NCBI GenBank assembly: GCA_019057795.1
Contig: JAHLWS010000056.1
Coordinates: 17,582 to 81,581, forward strand
Length of the DNA stretch: 64,000 nucleotides
Direction: 5' to 3'
From: Promethearchaeota archaeon
Lineage (GTDB): Archaea > Asgardarchaeota > Lokiarchaeia > Sigyniarchaeales > SOKP01
Below the pieces are notes generated by a model. That model saw only the letters and a program-made list of their open reading frames with translations. It had not been told where the DNA came from and made no database searches. Shown here in pieces: positions 20,680-29,233 of the stretch (its first letter is position 1; the number at the start of each line of letters is the position of its first letter). A program made the position numbers and the translations under genes.

Positions 20680-20695
20680 TACGAATTTAAGTTTA

Positions 20696-20794
20696 TTAAG
20701 CTTCTTTTTTAGTTAAGCTTGACCACCGAACTTCCTTTACTCCGGTCTTCAATGCAATATTATTAAGTTTCTCTACTTCTTCTTTACTCATCAA
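20696..20794 (-). pseudogene. orphan C-terminal fragment of a glycyl-radical activase
   Basis: LMSKEEVEKLNNIALKTGVKEVRWSSLTKKEA* matches the activase tail LMTKDEMDDFVELAKKIGVKNAQWSGLTKKEV (21690-21785), 16/32 identical, no gaps. Confidence 0.75.
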
Positions 20795-20799
20795 AGCTA

Positions 20800-21624
20800 T
20801 TAATTCAAATGTTTCTTTAAAAAGTTCCACATGATTTCATTAGTTTTTTCTGGTGCTTCAATAATGAACGCATGTCCAATGCCCTCAAGCACTTCGAAAG
20901 TTGAGTTTGGAATTTTTTGATGCATAAATTCTGATTCTCTCAGATTATCTTTATCTCTGGATCCTACTATTATCAAAGTTGGCTGTGTAATTTTATGTAA
21001 TATCTCTCGTGTATCATAACCCTTCATTGCTGTCCATTGGTTGACATAATCTTGATACCGGGGAGGGTCCTTTACGTGAGCAAGTAAACCCATATCATTT
21101 TTATATAATTCAAATAATTCTTTGTCTGTCTTCAATTTTTTTCTAAAAGAGGGTGAGAACATATTACGAATCGCTATTTGGATTATCTCTTCTGGAGTAG
21201 CGTTCTTAAAAAATTGATCAAGTAATTTAAGTTGTTGATCGAATTCAACAGGAGGCATATAAGTAGCAGTTCCAAATAGCATTAAGCTTTTAACTAAATG
21301 GGGATATTTTAAGGCGAAAGATTGAGCAATAGCACCTCCATTACTAAAACCACATATATGGATCGGTTCTTGAATGTTTAGATACTTCAGTAAATCCTTA
21401 GTATCCTCCACGAAAGTGTCCACCGTATAAGGGTCATCTGGTCTTGAACTTTTTCCTACTCCTCGATTATCTAATGCAATAACGGTCATTTTTTGTCTAA
21501 AAAATGGTATCTGGAAGTTCCAACTTTCTAATTTACAACAGTATCCGTTGAATAATATGAGAGGTTCTCCTTCTCCTTCCTTTATGTAATTAATTTTGAT
21601 GTTTCCTTTCTCAAATATTGGAAT
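20800..21624 (-). CDS. alpha/beta hydrolase; frame opens at an ATT codon
   Basis: GEGEPLILFNG, DNRGVGKS, GFSNGG nucleophile elbow, GH; ATT at 21622-21624 after GAAGGTGG and an in-frame TAA. Confidence 0.85.
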   Translation of the reverse strand: MPIFEKGNIKINYIKEGEGEPLILFNGYCCKLESWNFQIPFFRQKMTVIALDNRGVGKSSRPDDPYTVDTFVEDTKDLLKYLNIQEPIHICGFSNGGAIAQSFALKYPHLVKSLMLFGTATYMPPVEFDQQLKLLDQFFKNATPEEIIQIAIRNMFSPSFRKKLKTDKELFELYKNDMGLLAHVKDPPRYQDYVNQWTAMKGYDTREILHKITQPTLIIVGSRDKDNLRESEFMHQKIPNSTFEVLEGIGHAFIIEAPEKTNEIMWNFLKKHLN

Positions 21625-21671
21625 TTAAAACCACCTTCACAATCTTTAATAAAATAATTAAGGAAAAATAT

Positions 21672-22637
21672 TTAACATTTTGGTCTGAAAACTTCTTTTT
21701 TTGTTAATCCAGACCACTGAGCGTTTTTAACGCCAATTTTCTTAGCAAGTTCAACAAAATCATCCATTTCGTCTTTTGTCATAAGCTGAAAGTCCTTTAG
21801 GGGCCAATCCATATCTAATCTTTCGTACTTTGCAGTACACAAGTTATTGAAACTTAATAAATCCCATCTTTCGGGAATGTTATGTAATTTATTTGCAATA
21901 AATTCTCCAATACCCTTAATATTTTCTTCTGTGGCGGTATAATTTGGGATAATTGGCGTTCGAACCCAAAGCTTTTTACCGTTATTTTTTACATAATTCG
22001 AAATCCAAATAGCATTTTCTAAAACGAGGTCGTTTGGAACTCCAGTAAATTCTTCATGCTTGTCAGAATTAATCTCTTTTATATCTAGAAGGACTAAGTC
22101 AACATGAGGAAGTAATTTTTCGTAAATTTTCTTGGAAGCGTATCCACACGTATCTAAAGCCGTTGATATCCCGTTTTCTTTGCATTTTTTCAAAAAATCT
22201 AAGATAAAATCTGATTGGAGCGTTGGTTCGCCGCCTGAAACCGTTATTCCGCCATGAGATTGTGTGTAGTAGACTTTATCTTTTTGTATTTCGTAATATA
22301 AATCCTCTAAAAGCCATAACTCTCCAAACATATGTAAAGCAGTGCTGGGGCATTCTTTTGAGCAATCTCCACAACTATTGCACTTTTCTCTATCAATATG
22401 CATCCCATCCTCATCGAGAAATAATGCCCCTTGCTGACATGTTTCAATACAGATTTTACATCCGATGCATTTATGTTTAAACCATTCCAATTGCGGCTTT
22501 TTTAGAATTGATTCGGGATTATGACACCAGATACATTTTAATGGACATTGTTTAAAGAAAACCGTTGTTCTAATACCGGGGCCATCTTCGGTACTCATTT
22601 TTTGTATCTGGAAAATTAGGGCTTCAGATTCTGCCAT
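21672..22637 (-). CDS. glycyl-radical enzyme activating protein (radical SAM with ferredoxin insert)
   Basis: DGPGIRTTVFFK, CPLKCIWCHNPE, two CxxCxxCxxxC, SGGEP. Confidence 0.96.
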   Translation of the reverse strand: MAESEALIFQIQKMSTEDGPGIRTTVFFKQCPLKCIWCHNPESILKKPQLEWFKHKCIGCKICIETCQQGALFLDEDGMHIDREKCNSCGDCSKECPSTALHMFGELWLLEDLYYEIQKDKVYYTQSHGGITVSGGEPTLQSDFILDFLKKCKENGISTALDTCGYASKKIYEKLLPHVDLVLLDIKEINSDKHEEFTGVPNDLVLENAIWISNYVKNNGKKLWVRTPIIPNYTATEENIKGIGEFIANKLHNIPERWDLLSFNNLCTAKYERLDMDWPLKDFQLMTKDEMDDFVELAKKIGVKNAQWSGLTKKEVFRPKC

Positions 22638-22778
22638 GATTATTAGGTTTTACAGCTAACTTTTAAATTATAGAAGCCTTGAAGCTACTTTAATTTTATT
22701 AAATGTAAAAAATATAAGAGATTTTAGGAATCATATGAATTAATTAAAACAGAGAAAAATTAAAAAAACAAAAGGATT

Positions 22779-23840
22779 TTATTTTAAATAGCCATAAGCG
22801 CTTTTAATCCGTTTTTCTGCGTCCTCTACAATTTCATCGACTATTTTCTTAACGGTTTTTAAACTGTTTATGACACCTATGCTCTGACCTAAAAGAACAG
22901 CCCCGGTATTAATATCTCCTAAATATGCCGCTTCATATTTCCTTCCTTCTTCTATTATGTCTTCCATCGACATTTCTGCTTCTTCGGCCATTTTTGTTTC
23001 CTTATCAGATACAAGACCGTGGTGTAATGAATATTCATTTCTCCAAAGCCGTATAGGTCCCAAAGCGCCAGTTGCTAGGATTGTATCCTGAGCTTTAGCG
23101 GAAGGAACAACACTTTTGTAGGTTCCATCGAATTCGCTCTCGTTAGAAGCAATAAACCTGGAACCCATTGCTACGGCTCCAGCTCCCATAGCCAAAGCGG
23201 AGGCTAACCCATCCCCAGTGGCAAATCCACCACAGGCCACTACAGGTACCTCTGGATGTTTTTGGAGAACCTGTTGTAATAATACTAAAGTGCTGACTTT
23301 TTCATAAGATTGATGACCTCCACCTTCCCCACCAGAAACTACTAGACCGTCGACATTTGAAGCAACACATTTATCTGCAAGCCATAACGCGGGAGCTACG
23401 TGAAAATGTTTGATCTGAGATCCGCTTTCTTTTAGTCTTTGGAAGGGTTTAGATTGCGGTAGAGTTTTTGAAGAACCAGCGCTGGTAATTGCGTACACAC
23501 ATTGTTCTCTTAATTTTGGGTTTTTCATAATGAATCTAGGAATATCTTTAGCGAGCCCTGAAGCAGCCATTTCTCTTCGCGAAGTCCTAATGTTAAAACC
23601 AAAAGGCTTATCTGTGTGTTCGACAACATATTCCATATTTTTTTTCATTATGCCGACTGGCTCTCTTCCAGCCTCATAATCTGAGATTAAAGCAGTATGG
23701 CTTAACACGCCCAGACCACCCGCCTCAGATAAGGCAATCGTCAATTCAGTTGTATAGAAGGGCCCCATCGGGGCAGCTATTATTGGATGCTTAATACCAA
23801 GCATCTTGGTTATGTTTGTTTCCAATACCATATACATCAC
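22779..23840 (-). CDS. nitronate monooxygenase / FabK-like FMN oxidoreductase
   Basis: TDKPFGFN, GGEGGGH, PVVACGG, MGSRF. Confidence 0.9.
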   Translation of the reverse strand: MMYMVLETNITKMLGIKHPIIAAPMGPFYTTELTIALSEAGGLGVLSHTALISDYEAGREPVGIMKKNMEYVVEHTDKPFGFNIRTSRREMAASGLAKDIPRFIMKNPKLREQCVYAITSAGSSKTLPQSKPFQRLKESGSQIKHFHVAPALWLADKCVASNVDGLVVSGGEGGGHQSYEKVSTLVLLQQVLQKHPEVPVVACGGFATGDGLASALAMGAGAVAMGSRFIASNESEFDGTYKSVVPSAKAQDTILATGALGPIRLWRNEYSLHHGLVSDKETKMAEEAEMSMEDIIEEGRKYEAAYLGDINTGAVLLGQSIGVINSLKTVKKIVDEIVEDAEKRIKSAYGYLK

Positions 23841-23899
23841 TTAGTATAAAATTTGAAATATTTTAATTTATTATTAATCTAAGTTATATATTAATATTC

Positions 23900-26215
23900 A
23901 TGAAATTTCTGGTTAACAATGATAAAACTATGAATGAAAATAGAATCGACAACTTTGGTAATGAGATAAAAGTCATAAAAACTGGTTGCTGTCATGATTG
24001 TGGAGGACGATGTGTCTTAAGAGCTCATGTAAAAGACGGAAAGATCATACGTTTTGAAACAGATAATGACGAAGAACCACAAATACGAGCATGCATGAGA
24101 GGAAGGGCATATAGACAGCGCGTTTATTCTCCTGATCGCCTTAAATATCCTCTTCAGCGAATTGGAAATAGAGGAGAAGGAAAATTTGAACGAATTAGTT
24201 GGGATAAAGCACTAAATATTGTTGCGGCTAAACTCAAAGAGACTAAACAAAAACACGGCAATTCTGCCATCCTTCTAGTTCCTGGAAGTGGAAATCAAGG
24301 TATGTTGCATGGATATTTGCCAGTAGGATTGATGTTGAATCTGTTTGGAGGATACACGCGGCTATGGGGCGCACCATCCTACGAAGGTGCTCTCTTTGGC
24401 TCTATGGCTACTTACGGAACGATAACAACTGGTAATGCTCGCGAGGATCTTTTAAACACGCATTTGCTGATCATGTGGGGCTGGAATCCAGCAAATACCA
24501 TATGGGACCCTGGAACAAGTTTAATGTTAGCAAGAGTTAAAGAAAAAGGCATCAAAATTATTGTTATCGACCCAATATTTACCGATTCAGCAGCCATTTT
24601 TGCTGATCAATGGATACCTATTAGGCCAGGCACAGATACTGCAATGCTCCTTGCGATGGGTTATACAATAATCAATGAAAATCTCCAAAATCACTCTTTT
24701 ATTAACAAATTTACTATTGGCTTTGATGAGTATAAAAAATACATTCTGGGGGAGGAAGATGGAATTGCAAAAACTCCAGAATGGGCAGAAATAATTACTA
24801 AAGTTCCAGCAGACATTATTAAGAGTTTGGCGAGAGAATATGCTAAGGCTAAACCCGCAACTCTTATAGCCGGATGGGGACCAGCTCGCACAGCTTTTGG
24901 AGAAATATATTCCAGAGCAGCAAATATATTATGTATAATAACAGGCAATATAGGAATTAATGGAGGATACGCCTCTGGTTTTATGAGAGCTTATTCTAGT
25001 CGGGAATCAGTTATGTCCAAGAACAAGAAAAAAATAGGACCTATTAAACCAGATCAAGAGAAACCAAAGAAACTACGACCTCAAGATAATCCAGTAGACT
25101 TTGGAGCTCCTCCAAGGAAGGATAGTCTCTATAAATTAAGAGGTGGTACAAATCCAGCAAGTACGCGAATTCATTATAACTATTATTACGATGCCATACT
25201 CAAAGGTAAGGAGGGGGGCTACCCCGCTGATTTAAAGTTTGCATATGTAGTAGCTTCAAATTGGTTAAATCAATATGGAAACATCAATAAGGGAGTCGAA
25301 GCTTTAAAAACCCTTGATTTTATAGTTGTTCAAGATCAATTTTTAACACCAACAGCTAAATTTGCTGATGTAGTTTTACCTGTAAATACATTTATGGAAC
25401 GAAATGATATTGCTGTTCCTTGGTTAGGATCGCCATATTATATTTATCTAAATAAAGCAATCGAATCCCTTTATGAAAGTAAATCTGATCTAGAAATAGC
25501 TCGAGAATTATCAAAGAAGTTAGGACTCGATCCTGGATTACTCAACTTCGAGGAGGATCAGTTTTTACGAGTACTTTCATCCCCTCGGAAAGATATTAAA
25601 AGTTATGCAAAGATGAAAAAAGATGGATATTATAAGGTAAAGGTTAAGGAGCCTTTTATTGCGTTTAAGAAACAAATTGAAGATTCTGAAAATAATCCGT
25701 TTCCTACATTGTCAGGTAAAATTGAAATTTTCTGTGAACATATTGCAGAAAAAAATAACCCCCTCATGCCGCCTATTCCAAAATATATGAGTCATGAAGA
25801 ACATTATGATTCACCAAAAGCTAAGAAATATCCTCTGCAACTTATTACACCTCATAATAAACGACGTACCCATTCAAGTCTACAGAACATACCTTGGCTA
25901 AAGGAAATAGAACCTCATTGTGTTTGGATCAACCCGATTGATGCCATGAAAAGAAATATCGAAGAGGAAGATATGGTTGATGTATATAATGATCGGGGGA
26001 GAGTTAGAATTATTACTAAGGTAACTGAGCGTATAATGCCTGGTGTTGTCTGTATTCATCAAGGCGAATGGTATAATCCTAATGAAGATGGAGTTGATAT
26101 TGGGGGTTCTGCCAATACATTAACTCAAGATGGTCATTCACCTGGAGGAGCTTTTCCACTAAATAGTTCTCTAGTAGAAATCGAATTATTTTCTAAAAAC
26201 CAAATGGAGGAATAA
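23900..26215 (+). CDS. DMSO-reductase-family molybdopterin oxidoreductase catalytic subunit (DmsA-like, no Tat signal)
   Basis: CCHDCGGRC, RACMRGR, IRPGTD, TPTAKFADVVLP, RTHS motifs. Confidence 0.92.
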   Translation: MKFLVNNDKTMNENRIDNFGNEIKVIKTGCCHDCGGRCVLRAHVKDGKIIRFETDNDEEPQIRACMRGRAYRQRVYSPDRLKYPLQRIGNRGEGKFERISWDKALNIVAAKLKETKQKHGNSAILLVPGSGNQGMLHGYLPVGLMLNLFGGYTRLWGAPSYEGALFGSMATYGTITTGNAREDLLNTHLLIMWGWNPANTIWDPGTSLMLARVKEKGIKIIVIDPIFTDSAAIFADQWIPIRPGTDTAMLLAMGYTIINENLQNHSFINKFTIGFDEYKKYILGEEDGIAKTPEWAEIITKVPADIIKSLAREYAKAKPATLIAGWGPARTAFGEIYSRAANILCIITGNIGINGGYASGFMRAYSSRESVMSKNKKKIGPIKPDQEKPKKLRPQDNPVDFGAPPRKDSLYKLRGGTNPASTRIHYNYYYDAILKGKEGGYPADLKFAYVVASNWLNQYGNINKGVEALKTLDFIVVQDQFLTPTAKFADVVLPVNTFMERNDIAVPWLGSPYYIYLNKAIESLYESKSDLEIARELSKKLGLDPGLLNFEEDQFLRVLSSPRKDIKSYAKMKKDGYYKVKVKEPFIAFKKQIEDSENNPFPTLSGKIEIFCEHIAEKNNPLMPPIPKYMSHEEHYDSPKAKKYPLQLITPHNKRRTHSSLQNIPWLKEIEPHCVWINPIDAMKRNIEEEDMVDVYNDRGRVRIITKVTERIMPGVVCIHQGEWYNPNEDGVDIGGSANTLTQDGHSPGGAFPLNSSLVEIELFSKNQMEE

Positions 26216-26217
26216 TT

Positions 26218-26781
26218 ATGACTCAATATGGATTTTATTTTGATCAAACAAGATGTATAGGATGTCACACCTGCGCGGTTGCTTGCAAAGATTGGTATGA
26301 TATTAACGCAGGACCGGTAAATTGGATACGAGTAAAGGAAATTCTTAAAGGGAAATATCCAGAATTAAAGATGGCATATATTTCGATTGCTTGTAATCAT
26401 TGTGCTGATCCTCCTTGTGTAAAAGCATGCCCAACAAATGCAATTAGTAAAAGAGAAAAGGATGGAATAGTAATCGTTAATTCAGAGAAATGTTTGGGAT
26501 ATAAAGAATGTGGTGCGAAATGCTTAAAAGTCTGTCCATGGAATGCCCCTCAATTTTTAAACCAAGAAAATGCTAAGATGGAGAAATGTAATCTTTGCTT
26601 TGAGAGGGTGGAAAAGGGAAAACAAGCTATTTGTGTAGAAGCTTGCCCCATGTTTGCTCTTGATGTGGGTCCAATTGAGGAACTAAAACAAAAATATATT
26701 TATAACAAGGAAGCTGAGGGTTTTAATTCTAATGACAAATATAAACCCTCAATAATATTTAACCCAAAAAAATTTTCCTAA
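26218..26781 (+). CDS. 4Fe-4S electron-transfer subunit (DmsB-like)
   Basis: CIGCHTCAVAC, CNHCADPPCVKACP, KCNLC, CVEACP. Confidence 0.93.
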   Translation: MTQYGFYFDQTRCIGCHTCAVACKDWYDINAGPVNWIRVKEILKGKYPELKMAYISIACNHCADPPCVKACPTNAISKREKDGIVIVNSEKCLGYKECGAKCLKVCPWNAPQFLNQENAKMEKCNLCFERVEKGKQAICVEACPMFALDVGPIEELKQKYIYNKEAEGFNSNDKYKPSIIFNPKKFS

Positions 26782-26865
26782 GGTCATACATGCGTAATTT
26801 AATTAACTAAATTACAATTCTTCAAATATCTAGTGTAATTCTTTATTATAAGATAATATTAAAAA

Positions 26866-28155
26866 TTGAATGGTGAATTGAAATTGAAAGAGGTTTGGTT
26901 AATTGATTATGCTCGTACTGCATTTTCTCGATCAAGACCAACTCAACCTGAGAGGGATGTTTTTGGTGAGATTAGAGGAGATGAACTCCTTGCTGAATTA
27001 CTAATAAAATTTTTTGATGGTAAATTAGCAGATAAAGGAATTGAAAAAAAAGATATGGATGAAGTATCAATAGGTGTTGCTGCTGGGGTATTGGAAAATT
27101 GGACTTATGGAGGCCGTGGCCCTCTTTTTTTAGCAGGATTTCCCTACGATGTTCCATCGTTCTTCATCGATAGACAATGTGCTTCTGCAGGTTCGGGAAT
27201 GCATGTGGGAATTATGGAAATTATGACAGGTCATAGTAAAAGCGTATTAGCTACTGGTTTTGAACACATGACGCGCGTTCGAGGTAAAGGTACAGATCCA
27301 AATTTATCAACAGCGAATAAGAAAAGTAAGTTTTATAGACCCGATTTAGACTTGGGAACTTTGTTTAACATGCTCCAAACAGCTCAAAAACTATACGAAG
27401 AAGAAGTTCCTACATTTACTAAAGAACACTTAGATAAGTTTGGCGTGAGAAGCCACAATTTAGCTGTCAAGAATCACGAAGAAGGATGGTTTAAAGGTGA
27501 AATCATACCAATAGAAGGGCATGCTCCTGGCAATGTTGAAGAGAAAATGATTATAGATAGAGATATGAACGCAAGAAAGTCTACATTAGAAGCAGTATCT
27601 CAATTACGTCGTATATCCCAACCTTTTTTCTTAGAAAAAAATGGGGGAAAACAAGGATATATAAAAAGAGAAGGCACAGAGGAAGGTGTAATAACTGCTG
27701 GAAATTCATCGCCCTTAAATGCGGGAGCTACAGCAGCCGTTCTTATGGAAGCTGAAGAGGCTAAGAAAAGGGGAATCGAACCAATGGCAAAAATTGTATC
27801 AATTGGATGGGCGGGCGTTGACCCTACAGTAATGGGGCGAGGGCCAGTTCCAGCAACTCAAAAAGCGTTAAAATATGCGGGAATGTCTGCTGATGATATT
27901 GAATACTGGGAAATTAACGAAGCTTTTTGTATCGTTGCGTTAAATTGTATGGATAAATTTGATATACCCGAAGAAAAAGTTAACATCATGGGAGGGTCTA
28001 CTGCTATTGGTCATCCACTAGGATCAACAATGGTACGATTAACAGGAACATTAGCGAGAATTTTAAAAGATAAAAAAGCTCAGTATGGTATTGCTAATGC
28101 TTGTGTCGGAGGCGGCCAAGGCGTTGCAACAATAATTGAGAATTTAGATGCTTAG
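26866..28155 (+). CDS. acetyl-CoA acyltransferase (thiolase)
   Basis: RQCASA, EINEAF, GHPLG, ACVGGGQG. Confidence 0.95.
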   Translation: MNGELKLKEVWLIDYARTAFSRSRPTQPERDVFGEIRGDELLAELLIKFFDGKLADKGIEKKDMDEVSIGVAAGVLENWTYGGRGPLFLAGFPYDVPSFFIDRQCASAGSGMHVGIMEIMTGHSKSVLATGFEHMTRVRGKGTDPNLSTANKKSKFYRPDLDLGTLFNMLQTAQKLYEEEVPTFTKEHLDKFGVRSHNLAVKNHEEGWFKGEIIPIEGHAPGNVEEKMIIDRDMNARKSTLEAVSQLRRISQPFFLEKNGGKQGYIKREGTEEGVITAGNSSPLNAGATAAVLMEAEEAKKRGIEPMAKIVSIGWAGVDPTVMGRGPVPATQKALKYAGMSADDIEYWEINEAFCIVALNCMDKFDIPEEKVNIMGGSTAIGHPLGSTMVRLTGTLARILKDKKAQYGIANACVGGGQGVATIIENLDA

Positions 28156-28175
28156 AATAAAGGGATGAAAGATAC

Positions 28176-29219
28176 ATGGCTAATCCAAATATTTTATTCT
28201 ACGGTGCAGGTGCTATTGGTAGTACTCTTAGCGGATGGCTAAGTGAACATTATGAAAACGTTTATGTTTTAGCCAGAGGAGAAAATGCTGAAGTCATAAA
28301 ATCAAAGGGATTGACTTTATATGAAATAGATAAAACAAAGTCAAAAACTATTCCATTAAAGATAATAACCAACGTAAATAACCTTAAGCAATTTGATATA
28401 ATAGTTATCACTGTAAAAAATTATGATCTTGAGGAAGTTGCTAAAGATATATATGAAAAGTTAGGTGATAAGCCTATAATTGTGGGTTTGCAAAATGGTA
28501 TTGAAAACCAAAAGATATTACCCAAGTATTTTTCAAAGATTATTTATGGAGTAATTGTATGTTCAGCTTGGTATGATGAACCAGGAATTTTTGGAAATCG
28601 AGGAAAAGGACAAATTCTATTGGGGACAACGAATAACGAAAATCAAGAAATATTGGAGCAAGTAAGGGATATTCTGGCTCTTGGCTTTCCTACTAAAATA
28701 ACGAGACGATATAATGATGCAGCCCACTCTAAACTAATCTTAAATATAATAAATTCAATTTTTACTATAATAAGTAAGGAGAATTTAACTATTGATGATA
28801 AATTTAAGATCTGGAAAATTTTTGTATCTTCCTTTTTAGAAGGAGTAGAAGTATTAAAAAAAGCAGGATATAGAGAACAAAAACTTAAAGGATTACCTTC
28901 ATGGAGAACAATTGAATTCGCACAAAATTTAGAAAAAAAAATGGCTCTCGATTCTTTTGAGGAAAGTATGAAATTTTCTTGGCTCAACAGTATGGCACAA
29001 GATATGGTTCTCCTAAAAAGACAGAAATCAGAAATTGATACATTAAATGGGTATTTTATAGAATTAGCAGATAAGTTTGAGTTAGAGGTTCCATTTAATC
29101 GTACTCTCTATGATCTTTGTAAAAAACAGTTTAAGAAAGTTCCTTTTAAGCCACTACATGTTGATATAGTATGGAATAAACTCAATGAAAATTTAAAAGA
29201 GAAATTAAAGTTAGATTAG
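28176..29219 (+). CDS. ketopantoate reductase (PanE/ApbA) family
   Basis: GAGAIG, TVKNYD, LQNGI, SMAQD, EIDTLNG. Confidence 0.88.
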   Translation: MANPNILFYGAGAIGSTLSGWLSEHYENVYVLARGENAEVIKSKGLTLYEIDKTKSKTIPLKIITNVNNLKQFDIIVITVKNYDLEEVAKDIYEKLGDKPIIVGLQNGIENQKILPKYFSKIIYGVIVCSAWYDEPGIFGNRGKGQILLGTTNNENQEILEQVRDILALGFPTKITRRYNDAAHSKLILNIINSIFTIISKENLTIDDKFKIWKIFVSSFLEGVEVLKKAGYREQKLKGLPSWRTIEFAQNLEKKMALDSFEESMKFSWLNSMAQDMVLLKRQKSEIDTLNGYFIELADKFELEVPFNRTLYDLCKKQFKKVPFKPLHVDIVWNKLNENLKEKLKLD

Positions 29220-29233
29220 TCAAAAAAACAATA

